In this document: one piece after another, positions 47,952 to 57,997 of the stretch
Numbering within the stretch: the first letter of the stretch is position 1
Layout of the letters: each line of letters begins with the position of its first letter
IMG/VR virus record: IMGVR_UViG_3300031758_000014
Direction: 5' to 3' (one strand)
Source of the DNA: an uncultured virus (IMG/VR IMGVR_UViG_3300031758_000014)
Lineage: Duplodnaviria; Heunggongvirae; Uroviricota; Caudoviricetes
DNA length: 64,000 nt
Translations under genes and position numbers: made by a program
Notes under the pieces: model-generated
What the model was told of the DNA's origin: nothing
The model's database searches: none
What the model saw: the letters and a program-made list of their open reading frames with translations, nothing else

Positions 47952-48208
47952 ATACCTAATCCTGTTATTTTTTTATCTCTCATTTCACTTAAAGTAACAA
48001 AGTCTTCTTTAGGAAAAGGCATGTAACACCAAACAAATCTAATATACGAATAATCAGATGAATTATCTTTTTCTACTAATCTCTTATAGGATTTACCTTC
48101 TTCAACTTCGAAATTTCCCCAATCAACATGTAATATAGATTTTGTTTTGAGACAAATTACATCTTCCACTTTATCCGTATTTCTAGTCATTTTCATTGAA
48201 TTGCTCAT
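47948..48208 (-). CDS. DUF6501-like protein with tail
   Basis: VICLK...EEGKSY; ends MRDKKITGLGI. Confidence 0.7.
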   Translation of the reverse strand: MSNSMKMTRNTDKVEDVICLKTKSILHVDWGNFEVEEGKSYKRLVEKDNSSDYSYIRFVWCYMPFPKEDFVTLSEMRDKKITGLGI

Positions 48209-48726
48209 ATACCTAATTCTTTTAATTTATCGTCTCTTAGTTGTCTTTTTGTATAAAAATATTTTCCGTACTTTAACCAATTTATGTTAAATAACATACC
48301 AAGATGATCATCTTTATCACTTAAAGTTACATAGTAAAATTCATCATTCATACCTTTCTTGATATTATAAATTTTATAACTTTTATCTTTAATTTTATTT
48401 TTAAAATTTTGAGTACCACTATAATACATCGAACTAATTAGTAACAAATCTAATGTTTTATATGGTATATTTTCGACCATGTATATTTCATCATCATAAT
48501 CTGGTATTCTCAAGTATTCTCTAGTTTCACTTTCTGAAATACTCATTGATAATTTATCTAAGATTGCTCTGATACTTAGAATTAGAATGAGTAGTATAAC
48601 TACTGTAATAGTATATTCTTTTGAATTATTTATAACAAATAAAATAGGAGTAAATGAGGCTAAGAGTACTAAAACTCTACTCACTGATCGAATTTTATAT
48701 TGAATTAAAATATTTGTTATTCTCAT
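48205..48726 (-). CDS. membrane protein with tail
   Basis: two TM; ends YGKYFYTKRQLRDDKLKELGI. Confidence 0.7.
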   Translation of the reverse strand: MRITNILIQYKIRSVSRVLVLLASFTPILFVINNSKEYTITVVILLILILSIRAILDKLSMSISESETREYLRIPDYDDEIYMVENIPYKTLDLLLISSMYYSGTQNFKNKIKDKSYKIYNIKKGMNDEFYYVTLSDKDDHLGMLFNINWLKYGKYFYTKRQLRDDKLKELGI

Positions 48727-48742
48727 ATTTAATATATACTAT

Positions 48743-49018
48743 ATGAAAGAATTATTATCAAGTTTAGCCGATAAAATCGGTAATTCATTTTCCAATAATG
48801 AAAAAGGTTGGTCAGCTAGAAAATTGACAGCTTTCATAATAACTGTTATTGTTGTCTTTGCTCACATTAAATGGTTATCATCTTGTTATAAAAACGGTGA
48901 TTTTGGTTTACTACCAGAAATACTAATAATCGACTTCTCTACTATATTATCTTTATTAGGTCTAACAACTTGGGAAAGAGTTAAAAACCGAAAAGATGAT
49001 AAAAACAAAAATGAATAA
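48743..49018 (+). CDS. putative holin
   Basis: WSARKL + two TM helices, charged C-terminus, TAATATATA upstream. Confidence 0.55.
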   Translation: MKELLSSLADKIGNSFSNNEKGWSARKLTAFIITVIVVFAHIKWLSSCYKNGDFGLLPEILIIDFSTILSLLGLTTWERVKNRKDDKNKNE

Positions 49019-49229
49019 TTTATTTCTGAAAAAATCTCATTTTTTCATTAAGTTCACTAATTAAATTTAAAGGTGGTAATTGACCAATTTCCTTAAATTG
49101 TCTAATTGTTCTTTGTAAGTATTCAATTCTATTGATTAATTCTTTATCATCAATCTTAACCATATCTTTTGCCATAATTCAATTTTTAATAAAGATAATA
49201 AAAATTTAAAAAAATTCATAATAATTTTC

Positions 49230-49505
49230 TTATCTTAAATAAAAATTCTTGAAGTTTAATACTCTTGATTCATAAACAGAAGAAGTATCAATACCACTTT
49301 GTTTTAATTTATCTAAACACTGATTTAAATAATATTCAGATGGACTACCCACTCTAATGAAGTGTATAGCTGTCCACTTATCACCTTGTGGTTTAAATAA
49401 ATCTTCTGGTAAATCTGAATTCTCAATCAAATCAGCAATTTTCTTCTTTCTAGGTATTAGAGGTTCACCTACCGGAACATCATATGGTTTTATTTTTCTT
49501 TCCAT
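49230..49505 (-). CDS. hypothetical protein
   Basis: 91 aa ORF. Confidence 0.65.
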   Translation of the reverse strand: MERKIKPYDVPVGEPLIPRKKKIADLIENSDLPEDLFKPQGDKWTAIHFIRVGSPSEYYLNQCLDKLKQSGIDTSSVYESRVLNFKNFYLR

Positions 49506-49536
49506 AGAGTATATATAAAATAAAAAAAGAGAGTTT

Positions 49537-49767
49537 TTAACTCTCTTTTAACATTCCAAATAATTGATCTTTTAAGTTTAATCTCTTTTTTCTTAAAGAA
49601 TTTAATTCATCATTAGTGTAAATTTCATTAGCCTCAAGTCTATGAATGTCTTTATCTACTTGGTGATAGTCGTCAAATAATTTTCTAAAATGATTATTTG
49701 TAGTTTTTAAAACATGAATTTTTTCATCATATTCAACAAACTCATGGTGTAAATCGTGTTTTTCCAT
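49537..49767 (-). CDS. DUF465 / YdcH-family protein
   Basis: EF..KIH.LK..NHFRKLFDDYH.VD..I..LE...LRKKRL.LKDQL. Confidence 0.85.
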   Translation of the reverse strand: MEKHDLHHEFVEYDEKIHVLKTTNNHFRKLFDDYHQVDKDIHRLEANEIYTNDELNSLRKKRLNLKDQLFGMLKES

Positions 49768-49822
49768 AATAAATTATATTTTTAATTTATATAAAAGATA
49801 TAGGCTAATGTTTAATTTCGAG

Positions 49823-50452
49823 TTATATTCCTATTTTATTTAATTTAATATCTCTTAATTCAGATTTTGTATAATAATTTTCTCTACTGAAGAATTCCTT
49901 CATAGTTGTTTCTGATACAAATTTATCAAGGTGTGATGTGTCCCATGATCCATTTCTATTTGTTTTTACTCTAAGTATTTTAGAGTATGACGTGTGATAA
50001 TATTTAGTATCACCATCTTCTTCAATTTCACTGATTTTATAATCATTATAAATAGTATCCTTTAGAACCTGGCTAAGTTCTAAATTAATATCACTTTCAT
50101 TAACAAAGCAAGATATTAAAACAATAGCAAAAGCAATATAAGCAAATACCATTGTTGTTATACCAAGTTCACTCCATTCAACACTCTTTATAAAAAACTC
50201 TCCTTTATCTTCAAATAGCCTTTGTTCAGTATCATAAACTAAAGCATCTTTATAATAAGTAAGATCATAAAAATGAATTCCATTATCAATAAAGTGTTTA
50301 TCTACTCTATAAAAACAGACGGACTTATCCATTGAAGTTCCTAATGAGTAAAGTAAAATACCAACAGTTAGTATTATAAACTTAACTTTATTCAAAGCGA
50401 TTAAGTTTTTAATGTAGTTTATCCAAAATCTAATTAAGTTTTGTTTAGTCAT
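49823..50452 (-). CDS. membrane protein with tail, paralog of 55038
   Basis: two TM; ends YTKSELRDIKLNKIGI. Confidence 0.7.
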   Translation of the reverse strand: MTKQNLIRFWINYIKNLIALNKVKFIILTVGILLYSLGTSMDKSVCFYRVDKHFIDNGIHFYDLTYYKDALVYDTEQRLFEDKGEFFIKSVEWSELGITTMVFAYIAFAIVLISCFVNESDINLELSQVLKDTIYNDYKISEIEEDGDTKYYHTSYSKILRVKTNRNGSWDTSHLDKFVSETTMKEFFSRENYYTKSELRDIKLNKIGI

Positions 50453-50580
50453 TTTTATCGTATTTCCATTTAACAATATTAACCCAAATAGCTGAACCAG
50501 TTATCGGTTCTCTCCACTCTGTACAATTCTCAGATTTACAGGCACATCTATAACAATAGTGTTTATCACCTTTAGAATCA

Positions 50581-50697
50581 ATGGCAAAAGCAAGAAAAGA
50601 GGGTAAACCTAAAAGAAATAGAAAAAATTTAGTTAAGACACATAAAAGACTTCAAAATAATTACGAATTATTAAAAAAATATGAAACCATCCAATAA
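50581..50697 (+). CDS. small basic peptide (not in ORF track)
   Basis: MAKARKEGKPKRNRKNLVKTHKR...; hairpin/T-run follows. Confidence 0.5.
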   Translation: MAKARKEGKPKRNRKNLVKTHKRLQNNYELLKKYETIQ

Positions 50698-50742
50698 AAG
50701 ATGGTTTTTTTTATTATATTTGTATAAATAAAAGTCAACACT

Positions 50743-50943
50743 ATGAACGGAACAAAAAATGTAGTAGCTATCGAAAATGCTACAAAGTCAATTGAAACAT
50801 TGACAAGTCTTTTTAAGTCTAAAAGAATTTCATATGAGGAATTTGTAAAAGGCATTAATCAAAATTTATCTGATATGTCGAGTAAACGAGACTACATTCA
50901 ATATCTAAAGAATATTGGATTTTATGATAAATTAGTTAAATAA
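50743..50943 (+). CDS. hypothetical protein
   Basis: TATATTTG at 50715-50722 on plus strand; terminator downstream. Confidence 0.65.
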   Translation: MNGTKNVVAIENATKSIETLTSLFKSKRISYEEFVKGINQNLSDMSSKRDYIQYLKNIGFYDKLVK

Positions 50944-50972
50944 AAAAAACCCTCTTAATGAGGGTTTTTTTT
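50942..50972. terminator. bidirectional intrinsic terminator
   Basis: AAAAAAAACCCTC-TTAAT-GAGGGTTTTTTTT. Confidence 0.8.
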
Positions 50973-51588
50973 ATTTTGTTTTTCTATAAAAAATTAGATC
51001 ATCAATATGATTAAACTCTAATTCATTAAACTTTTCAATCAATTCCGGACTACCATACTCCATAACACGATATTGATCTAAACCAAATATAAACCCACCA
51101 ACTGGTATCTCAGTTATTATTTTATCAAAAAAACTCATTAACTTATTAGAAATTTTAAATGGTGTGAAAAACCAAATAAAATTAGTATTAGAATAATCAT
51201 AACTCATAATATCATCATGAATTAAATTCAAATTGTTATCCCAATATGAAAGTAATTCACTTTTTAATGAATTAACATACTCATCACATTTTTCAATTCC
51301 AGTGAATGTGAATTGTCTATTATTAAATTCTTTTGATTGTAAATAAAGATCGTATAATACTGTTCCAAAACCAACACCACAATCACAAGCATTAACTTCA
51401 CTTGGAAGTAAACCTGCTTCTTCTAATCGTTTTAGTAAAAAAATGTTTCTTTCTATGTTGGATTCAACATATTGCCACTCACCATCTGAGTCGAATTTAT
51501 CTAAATCAACTTTTACTGATGATTTTAAATATTGTACTTTATTAAAGTACTCCACTAAAAGTGGATTTGGTTCAATTATTTCAGTCAT
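50971..51588 (-). CDS. class I SAM-dependent methyltransferase
   Basis: CDCGVGFG, TGIE, HDDI, WFFTPF. Confidence 0.75.
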   Translation of the reverse strand: MTEIIEPNPLLVEYFNKVQYLKSSVKVDLDKFDSDGEWQYVESNIERNIFLLKRLEEAGLLPSEVNACDCGVGFGTVLYDLYLQSKEFNNRQFTFTGIEKCDEYVNSLKSELLSYWDNNLNLIHDDIMSYDYSNTNFIWFFTPFKISNKLMSFFDKIITEIPVGGFIFGLDQYRVMEYGSPELIEKFNELEFNHIDDLIFYRKTK

Positions 51589-51617
51589 ATTAGTTATATG
51601 ACCTACTACAAATTTGT

Positions 51618-51776
51618 TTATTCTTTTTCAGTAAATGCCCATAATATACAATAGGTGAAAAACCACCCAGTTAAAACAAATCCAATTCTCCATATAATCG
51701 GATCAACACCAGACCATTCTCCTAATCCTTCACAGACACCACCAATATAACCTTCTTTCCTTTTAAACTTTTTCAT
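51618..51776 (-). CDS. PspC-domain protein
   Basis: IGGVCEGLGEW.GVDP..WRI.FVL. Confidence 0.85.
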   Translation of the reverse strand: MKKFKRKEGYIGGVCEGLGEWSGVDPIIWRIGFVLTGWFFTYCILWAFTEKE

Positions 51777-51814
51777 ATCAAATATATATTTAATTACAAA
51801 TATACCTATTAAAA

Positions 51815-52045
51815 ATGAAATTAACGTCAATTAAAAAAAATAAAAAATACATAGTTAAGTATATTGAAGACTCAAATTTTAAAGTAAACATAATAGAATT
51901 TGGAATTTTCCCAAATCAAATAGTAAAATTTGTTTATAAAGCTCCATTTGGCGGACCAATAGCAATACTCACTGGTGATCTACAAGGAAATGTTATAGCA
52001 ATAAGTAGAAGAGAAGCTGATTTGGTTATCGTTGAAGAGATATAA
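51815..52045 (+). CDS. feoA: FeoA-family protein
   Basis: EFGIFP...KAPFGGPIAI...IAISRREA..V.VE. Confidence 0.8.
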   Translation: MKLTSIKKNKKYIVKYIEDSNFKVNIIEFGIFPNQIVKFVYKAPFGGPIAILTGDLQGNVIAISRREADLVIVEEI

Positions 52046-52072
52046 AAAAAGAGAGCTTTTAACTCTCTTTTT
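52044..52072. terminator. bidirectional intrinsic terminator
   Basis: AAAAAAAGAGAG-CTTTTAA-CTCTCTTTTT. Confidence 0.7.
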
Positions 52073-52073
52073 A

Positions 52074-53267
52074 TTAATCTTCATCATCCCAATCTTCATC
52101 ATCATCACCATCAGCAGACCATATGATTTCACGAGAACCTTCAAATCTTCTATTACTAATTTTACCAGTATTTCTATCCCAGTTTCTCATGTTATCAACC
52201 GATGGATAAGCACGGTATCCTTCTGGTTTAACTTTAGTGTGAGCAACATATGTTCTACCACCATCATAGATGTAATGCCATCCTTTAGATCTAGCATATT
52301 CTCTAAAAACAGCATTATCTGAATCAGCACTTGTATATATACAATCCATTAAAACACCACCATCATCTAATGTCCAAAGAAGTGCTCTACCAATTATTTT
52401 ATCAGGATTATCTAATGATTTTAAAATAAGTAGTTTAACTGTATCTGGATTATCAATATAGATTTCTAACCAATCTCTTCTACCAACTGCTTGGCAAGAA
52501 CCACCTAAGTTTCCTCTATTTGGGAACTCATAGTTTTCTCTTTTATACCAGTAAAGAAGATCTTCACCATCAACGATTTCAAATCTTGAGAAAACATCAT
52601 TCATTACCGCGATAACACCTCTAAACTCATTTACAAATGTTTCTAATTGAGCATCGTTAAATCTTAAACCTTTAGCATTTAAAAGAGCTCTGATTGCTCT
52701 ACCAATTCTAATAGTTTGTCTTGATGAAGTGAAGACTTTCTTTTTTAATTCTTCATGAGCGTTAGCCAATCTTTCTTGACTATAAACACCTTCACCATTT
52801 TCAAACTTAACATAACACCAAGTTTTATTTGTTCTTGGAGAAGTCCATTTTGATATAACTTCACCATATTCAGTAGCTTGTGGATGATAAACTGGAGTAT
52901 CAACAACCGGTTCATAACCCATTCTTCTAAAGATATTAAGGTTTCCAGCAGTATTTGTTAACCAATTACCTCTACGACCAGTCCATCTAACCATCTCTTT
53001 GTCTAATCTAATAATAGCTTGAGCTGTTCTATCGTTAGTAAATGATAGTTCATTATCGTTATCAATTAAGATATCAAAGAAGTTAGATACAACATCTAAG
53101 TCTTCATTCTCAATTTCTAATAAGGCTTTAGCAACCTCGTTATCAGGTAGTCTTTGTAAAGCCTTTTTAAACTTAGGTGAGTAAGCAACAATTGACTCTA
53201 AAAGAAGTAAACTTTCAACTAAAAGTTTTTCTGATAAGAAATATTTGTAGTTTAATATATTCTTCAT
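52074..53267 (-). CDS. phage protein of GRAxLW/DxIY family, late-type leader; paralog of 55894
   Basis: IRIGR, WYKRENY, GSC, IIGRALLW; TAATATATA at 53273. Confidence 0.8.
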   Translation of the reverse strand: MKNILNYKYFLSEKLLVESLLLLESIVAYSPKFKKALQRLPDNEVAKALLEIENEDLDVVSNFFDILIDNDNELSFTNDRTAQAIIRLDKEMVRWTGRRGNWLTNTAGNLNIFRRMGYEPVVDTPVYHPQATEYGEVISKWTSPRTNKTWCYVKFENGEGVYSQERLANAHEELKKKVFTSSRQTIRIGRAIRALLNAKGLRFNDAQLETFVNEFRGVIAVMNDVFSRFEIVDGEDLLYWYKRENYEFPNRGNLGGSCQAVGRRDWLEIYIDNPDTVKLLILKSLDNPDKIIGRALLWTLDDGGVLMDCIYTSADSDNAVFREYARSKGWHYIYDGGRTYVAHTKVKPEGYRAYPSVDNMRNWDRNTGKISNRRFEGSREIIWSADGDDDEDWDDED

Positions 53268-53437
53268 AATTTTATATATTATTTTTAATTTCTCAAAAAA
53301 ACTATTATATTTGTATCTATATAAAAAAATATGAACGAATATAAGCTTGTTACTGAAAAACTACCCGAAAAGGGCAAAGATGTTATTGCCATAGTGTTTT
53401 TTTTTATTTTTATATATTAAAAAATAATATATAATTT

Positions 53438-53617
53438 ATGGAAAATATTTATACATGGGAAGAATTTAACGAGTCTTATAACAAACCAAGAGCTGGTGGT
53501 AAAAAAAGATGGTCTGTAAAATACAAAAAATCTATTGACTGTAATAACCCTAAAGGTTTTAGTCAGAAACAATATTGTAAGAGAAAAAGAAAAGGTGGTA
53601 AATACAAGAATAATTAA
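53438..53617 (+). CDS. small basic Cys protein with CTS-like leader (not in ORF track)
   Basis: MENIYTWEEFNES...WSVKYKKSIDCNNPKGFSQKQYC; TAATATATA upstream, terminator downstream. Confidence 0.7.
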   Translation: MENIYTWEEFNESYNKPRAGGKKRWSVKYKKSIDCNNPKGFSQKQYCKRKRKGGKYKNN

Positions 53618-53643
53618 AAAAAGAGGCTAAAGCCTCTTTTTTT
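53616..53643. terminator. bidirectional intrinsic terminator
   Basis: AAAAAAAGAGGC-TAAA-GCCTCTTTTTTT. Confidence 0.8.
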
Positions 53644-53881
53644 AAATAGTAATTTTATTTTTTGCTTTATATCCGATTGTCTTACCGGTATAGATTGGAT
53701 CTTTAAATTGATTATATCCTTGATCATACAAAGTCATTCTTTCTCTACCAAGTTGGCACATAATAGAACCCTCACTACGACCAAGAGCTTTACATAGGAA
53801 TTGAATATCCTCAGCATTATTTAAAATTGATGCTCTTAATAAAGCAATTTCGTTTTCAGTCCAGTTTTTTCTAGTTTTCAT
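53642..53881 (-). CDS. Myb/HTH-like small protein
   Basis: WTENEIALLR...LGRSEGSI. Confidence 0.6.
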   Translation of the reverse strand: MKTRKNWTENEIALLRASILNNAEDIQFLCKALGRSEGSIMCQLGRERMTLYDQGYNQFKDPIYTGKTIGYKAKNKITI

Positions 53882-54163
53882 AATTTTAAATTATTAGTTA
53901 ATATTTGCAAATATAAGAATAAAAATTGAAAAAACAAAATTATTCTTCAGTTTCTTCTATTTTTTTCGGTGGATTCATCCATTTATATCTCTCACCATCT
54001 ATATAAATATAATGAGAGTGTGAATTAGCCCCTTTTTGCCAAATTTCTTTCTCGCCTTCGTTTGGATATAAAATGAATCCGTTTTCAGTAAATTTAATTT
54101 TCCCTTTAATCATATTATACTTTTAATTTTTTTGTATATATAATATGAAAAAAATGATTTTTT

Positions 54164-54565
54164 TTAATTATTAGAATAATAATCTGAATCGCATTTTTTA
54201 TATAGATCTTTAATCAGAGTTTCTTTTTTAGAATCCGTTATAGTATAATATAAAATACCGTCTTCAGACTCTTCTTCAACTTCTAAATCAGTAGTATTTA
54301 ACTTACCAACTTCAACAATAAACTTGATAACATTGGAATTTTTTTGAATAATGTGCTTTTCGAGTGGCGTTATATATTCAATTTCATCAATAATAGAACA
54401 TATAAGCAAGATGTATTCATCTAAATTAAATGTTGATTTAACCAAATCACTAAAAGAATCTTTGGTTAGTACTATTTTGTTTTTAATTTTTAATTTATCA
54501 TAAATAGATCTAACCATCTTAGGATTAGTAGATCTTATATATGAAATCAATACATCTAAATTCAT
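54164..54565 (-). CDS. hypothetical protein
   Basis: 133 aa ORF after -7 element. Confidence 0.7.
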   Translation of the reverse strand: MNLDVLISYIRSTNPKMVRSIYDKLKIKNKIVLTKDSFSDLVKSTFNLDEYILLICSIIDEIEYITPLEKHIIQKNSNVIKFIVEVGKLNTTDLEVEEESEDGILYYTITDSKKETLIKDLYKKCDSDYYSNN

Positions 54566-54595
54566 TGTAAATATTTTTACAAATATAAAAAATAA

Positions 54596-55009
54596 TTAAA
54601 TCTTACTACGTTTTATCTCACCATTATCAAAAAATATAGTAACAATCTCTTCAATACCAGTTATTGTTAAAATAGATCTTTCTAAGTCAAAATCAATTTT
54701 CTTTCTCTCATACAAATGAATAACATGAGATGGTTCTCCATTCTTGAATATGATTACACCAAACCAACTATTATACCACTCACCCTTTGTTTCTAAGTTA
54801 TAAACTTTATACTTATCTTCACCAACAGTAAATATTTTAAGTGGCTTATTTGTTAAGTCATAACAAACTTTTGAAAATTGTGTTATGTTTGAGTAATCTT
54901 TTCTCTTTGAAAGATCAATAGTTACTCCTTTATTCATAAGTTGTTTTAAACTGAAAACTGTTTCATTTGGGTTTTCATTTTTAAATGAGTTAAAGTCTTT
55001 AATTAACAT
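54596..55009 (-). CDS. protein with CTS-like leader
   Basis: MLIKDFNSFKNE; TAATATATA at 55032. Confidence 0.7.
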   Translation of the reverse strand: MLIKDFNSFKNENPNETVFSLKQLMNKGVTIDLSKRKDYSNITQFSKVCYDLTNKPLKIFTVGEDKYKVYNLETKGEWYNSWFGVIIFKNGEPSHVIHLYERKKIDFDLERSILTITGIEEIVTIFFDNGEIKRSKI

Positions 55010-55037
55010 TTTAATTTAATATATTTTTTATTATATA

Positions 55038-55637
55038 TTAAATTCCCAACTTATTAAGTATGTTTTCACGTTTTCTTTGAATAGATTTCCACTCTGGGCA
55101 ATTATTTAACTCAGTAAGTGATCTAACTCCAAAGTAGTTAGCTATATTACTCTCAGTTCTTCTATTACTATTTTCACCAATCAATTTATTACCAAAGTAG
55201 TAGTAAAATCTACCATCTTCTACTTCACATTTAGTAAAGAATGAAACTGTTTTTGAAAAGACTCTATCAAGTTGATAATTCGTTTCATCGTCGTTAGCGA
55301 AAATACCAACAACAGCCATTATAAAAGCAATTGTATAAATAATCCAAATAAAAATATTAGCATCATTATACTTATACTCTACAATGTTATTACCCTTTGT
55401 TAATTTGAGTGGTTTAGATTCACTTCTCATTTCTAAATCACCATCATCAAAATAAAAATAACAATGTGATCCTTCAATATTCAATTCTTTAACTACGTGA
55501 GTTACTTCTTTAACATCTGGTAATGAATTTAGTACCGGGTATAAAAGTATTAACAAACCAATAGCAACTGTTTTAACTTTGTTTGTTTTAATAAAGTTTA
55601 ATAAATAAACAAGTGGAAATAGAATAATATTTTTCAT
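55038..55637 (-). CDS. membrane protein with tail, paralog of 49823
   Basis: two TM; ends KRENILNKLGI. Confidence 0.75.
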   Translation of the reverse strand: MKNIILFPLVYLLNFIKTNKVKTVAIGLLILLYPVLNSLPDVKEVTHVVKELNIEGSHCYFYFDDGDLEMRSESKPLKLTKGNNIVEYKYNDANIFIWIIYTIAFIMAVVGIFANDDETNYQLDRVFSKTVSFFTKCEVEDGRFYYYFGNKLIGENSNRRTESNIANYFGVRSLTELNNCPEWKSIQRKRENILNKLGI

Positions 55638-55641
55638 CTTT

Positions 55642-55890
55642 TTAAATTCCTAATATTTTTAATTTTTGTTCTCTTATAAAAGAGGTATAACTTCTAAGTG
55701 ATCTTGGGCTAAATGCTTCACCAGTTAAATACTTAAAACTATCTCTTTTAGATTGTTTTATTATTTTTTTAGATGGTTCATCATAATCAACATAAACATA
55801 ACCATCTTCTAATTCTCTAACAAAGCCACTTAAACCGAATTTATCGGAAAGTGGCATTATTATTACAACTCGCTCCCCTACCTTAAACAT
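55642..55890 (-). CDS. KOW/SH3-like protein with tail
   Basis: MFKVGERV; ends IREQKLKILGI. Confidence 0.7.
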   Translation of the reverse strand: MFKVGERVVIIMPLSDKFGLSGFVRELEDGYVYVDYDEPSKKIIKQSKRDSFKYLTGEAFSPRSLRSYTSFIREQKLKILGI

Positions 55891-55893
55891 ATT

Positions 55894-57141
55894 TTAGTCG
55901 TTATCGTACCAACCTCCGTGTGTTGTTCTTGCTACTCTGGTTTCATCACCACAGATTGACTTAGTATTTGTACAAAACTTACCATCAATATCAATATAAC
56001 AAAGAGTATCCATATATGGTAATTTACCAGTTTTCACTTTGTTAAGAGGAACCTTAATTGTTGCTCTTTTTCTGATAGACCCATTACTGATGTATTGACC
56101 TGGCTCCATATCTTGATGTTCTTTATACCACCATCCATTTTCTTTCGCAAACTCTCTAAATAAGTTTACATCAGAGTCATTTTTAGTGTAGATACGATCC
56201 ATATAAGTTGCTTTCTCACCATCAATCTCACCGTGCCATAAGATAGCACGACCTTTGATTTTTTTAGAAGTGTATTTTTCATCTTTGATTGTACCTTCAT
56301 CATCATAAAGAATAACCATTTGAACATTATCATTCTTAACATAAATGTTAAAGTAAGTTTTAGCAACTTCAGCCATACAAGATGAGTTTAAAGTACCACC
56401 ACCCTCAACATAGTTTTCTCTTTTATACCAGTGTTGAATTTCTTCATCTTGAACAATATCAAACTTCTTGAAAGCGTCTCCTAAAACGTCATAAGTTGAT
56501 TTGTATAAGTTTACAAACTCTTCAATATTAGAATCAGTATATTCTTCTTTAAGTAAAGTTCTAACAAGACGACCAATTCTAATTGGGTTTCTTGATTTTG
56601 TGATCATACCAACGTGTACATCAATTGTGTTGTACCAAGGTGATATAGAACCAGAACAATCATCATTGAAATAATTTTCACCGTAGTATTGGTAATAATT
56701 TTGGTCGTATGGTCGAGTGGCTTGTTTGTTGATAACACCAACACGATCTCCATCTTTTTCTTTGAATAAACAATAAGTTTTACCAGATTGTTTTGAAACA
56801 ACTTCATTTAAAATCTCACCGATTGTCCCTTGTGGAATTTGGAAAGCTAAAGGTGACTCCATATCAAATTCTAAAGCTCCAAATATTCTTCTATTTGAGT
56901 TTTTGAAAAGTAAGTTACCAGTTCCGGTAACAATATGATACACCTTTGTATCATTAAGTAATTCAGCCGCTTTTCTTTCAGTGGTGAAAATTAATCCATC
57001 ATTAGTAGCACCAACATCAACATAGTTGTTTACTAATTCCATTTCAGTATTGGCGTTTGATAAAATCTCCATAGCGATTTTATTTCTACCCATTGCTCTT
57101 AAAACATTTGCAAATTTAATACTTATTCTAAGTTTACTCAT
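55894..57141 (-). CDS. phage protein of GRAxLW/YMDRIY family; paralog of 52074
   Basis: IRIGR, WYKRENY, SSCM, GRAILW, YMDRIY, PYMDT; early -7 element at 57162. Confidence 0.8.
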   Translation of the reverse strand: MSKLRISIKFANVLRAMGRNKIAMEILSNANTEMELVNNYVDVGATNDGLIFTTERKAAELLNDTKVYHIVTGTGNLLFKNSNRRIFGALEFDMESPLAFQIPQGTIGEILNEVVSKQSGKTYCLFKEKDGDRVGVINKQATRPYDQNYYQYYGENYFNDDCSGSISPWYNTIDVHVGMITKSRNPIRIGRLVRTLLKEEYTDSNIEEFVNLYKSTYDVLGDAFKKFDIVQDEEIQHWYKRENYVEGGGTLNSSCMAEVAKTYFNIYVKNDNVQMVILYDDEGTIKDEKYTSKKIKGRAILWHGEIDGEKATYMDRIYTKNDSDVNLFREFAKENGWWYKEHQDMEPGQYISNGSIRKRATIKVPLNKVKTGKLPYMDTLCYIDIDGKFCTNTKSICGDETRVARTTHGGWYDND

Positions 57142-57181
57142 TGTTTGAATTTTTAATAATACAAATATAATAATTATTTTC

Positions 57182-57730
57182 TTATTTGAAAATAGATTTT
57201 AATTTTTTTAATACAGAATTTATTTGTCTACCATTTTCGAATGGATACATGAACTTACCAATTGGTTCTTGTGTAGTGAAAAGTACTTTTGTGAAGAAAC
57301 CATCAGTGAAGAAACGAGACTTACAAGCTTCAAGTATCTCACTACATTTTTCTTCTGATGTTATTAATCCACAGTTCCAAGATCCATCAGGTCTTTTTTC
57401 TAAAAGAACATATGGGTGTTGGAATATAGGGTGCATTAAAACATCACCTTTTTTATACTCAGATGGAACATTTTTCTTAGGAGTTGGTTGGAATGATCCT
57501 TGAGTTGATTTTGGAGTAACCATTTCATCTAAAACTTTTAGTACCTCAGTTTGATTTACAGGTAAACCTTTTAGTTTTTCTAATAGGTATTCTCTATCGT
57601 CCTTTGGTAATGACCTTACCCAAGTAACAAATTTTTCTTTAGTGAAGTCAGCATTTTTAGTAATTAGGTTGATAAACGTCTTTAAAGGAATACCTACATT
57701 TTTTAATTTTTCTTCTGAGATCATAACCAT
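57182..57730 (-). CDS. hypothetical protein
   Basis: ORF after -7 element at 57743. Confidence 0.75.
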   Translation of the reverse strand: MVMISEEKLKNVGIPLKTFINLITKNADFTKEKFVTWVRSLPKDDREYLLEKLKGLPVNQTEVLKVLDEMVTPKSTQGSFQPTPKKNVPSEYKKGDVLMHPIFQHPYVLLEKRPDGSWNCGLITSEEKCSEILEACKSRFFTDGFFTKVLFTTQEPIGKFMYPFENGRQINSVLKKLKSIFK

Positions 57731-57775
57731 ATTTTTGTTTAACAAATATAGTAAAAATATTTATTATAACAAATT

Positions 57776-57997
57776 TTATTCATCATTAGAAATTTTGATA
57801 ACTTGTCTTATAGTTGATACAGTTGTTCCAAAGACACCAAAAAGTGTTAAAATCTTTTTATAGTTAAAAGTATTACTTGGGTGGTTAACATCTAACCAAC
57901 CACCTAAAATGCTACATAAATAAATGGTTAAACCCATTTGTAATCCCATTGTTGTAAATCTTAACCAAAGAGATTTATTATTATTTTTTTGACTCAT
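57776..57997 (-). CDS. AtpZ/AtpI-family membrane protein
   Basis: RFTTMGLQMGLTI...LGGWLD...LTLFGV. Confidence 0.75.
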   Translation of the reverse strand: MSQKNNNKSLWLRFTTMGLQMGLTIYLCSILGGWLDVNHPSNTFNYKKILTLFGVFGTTVSTIRQVIKISNDE

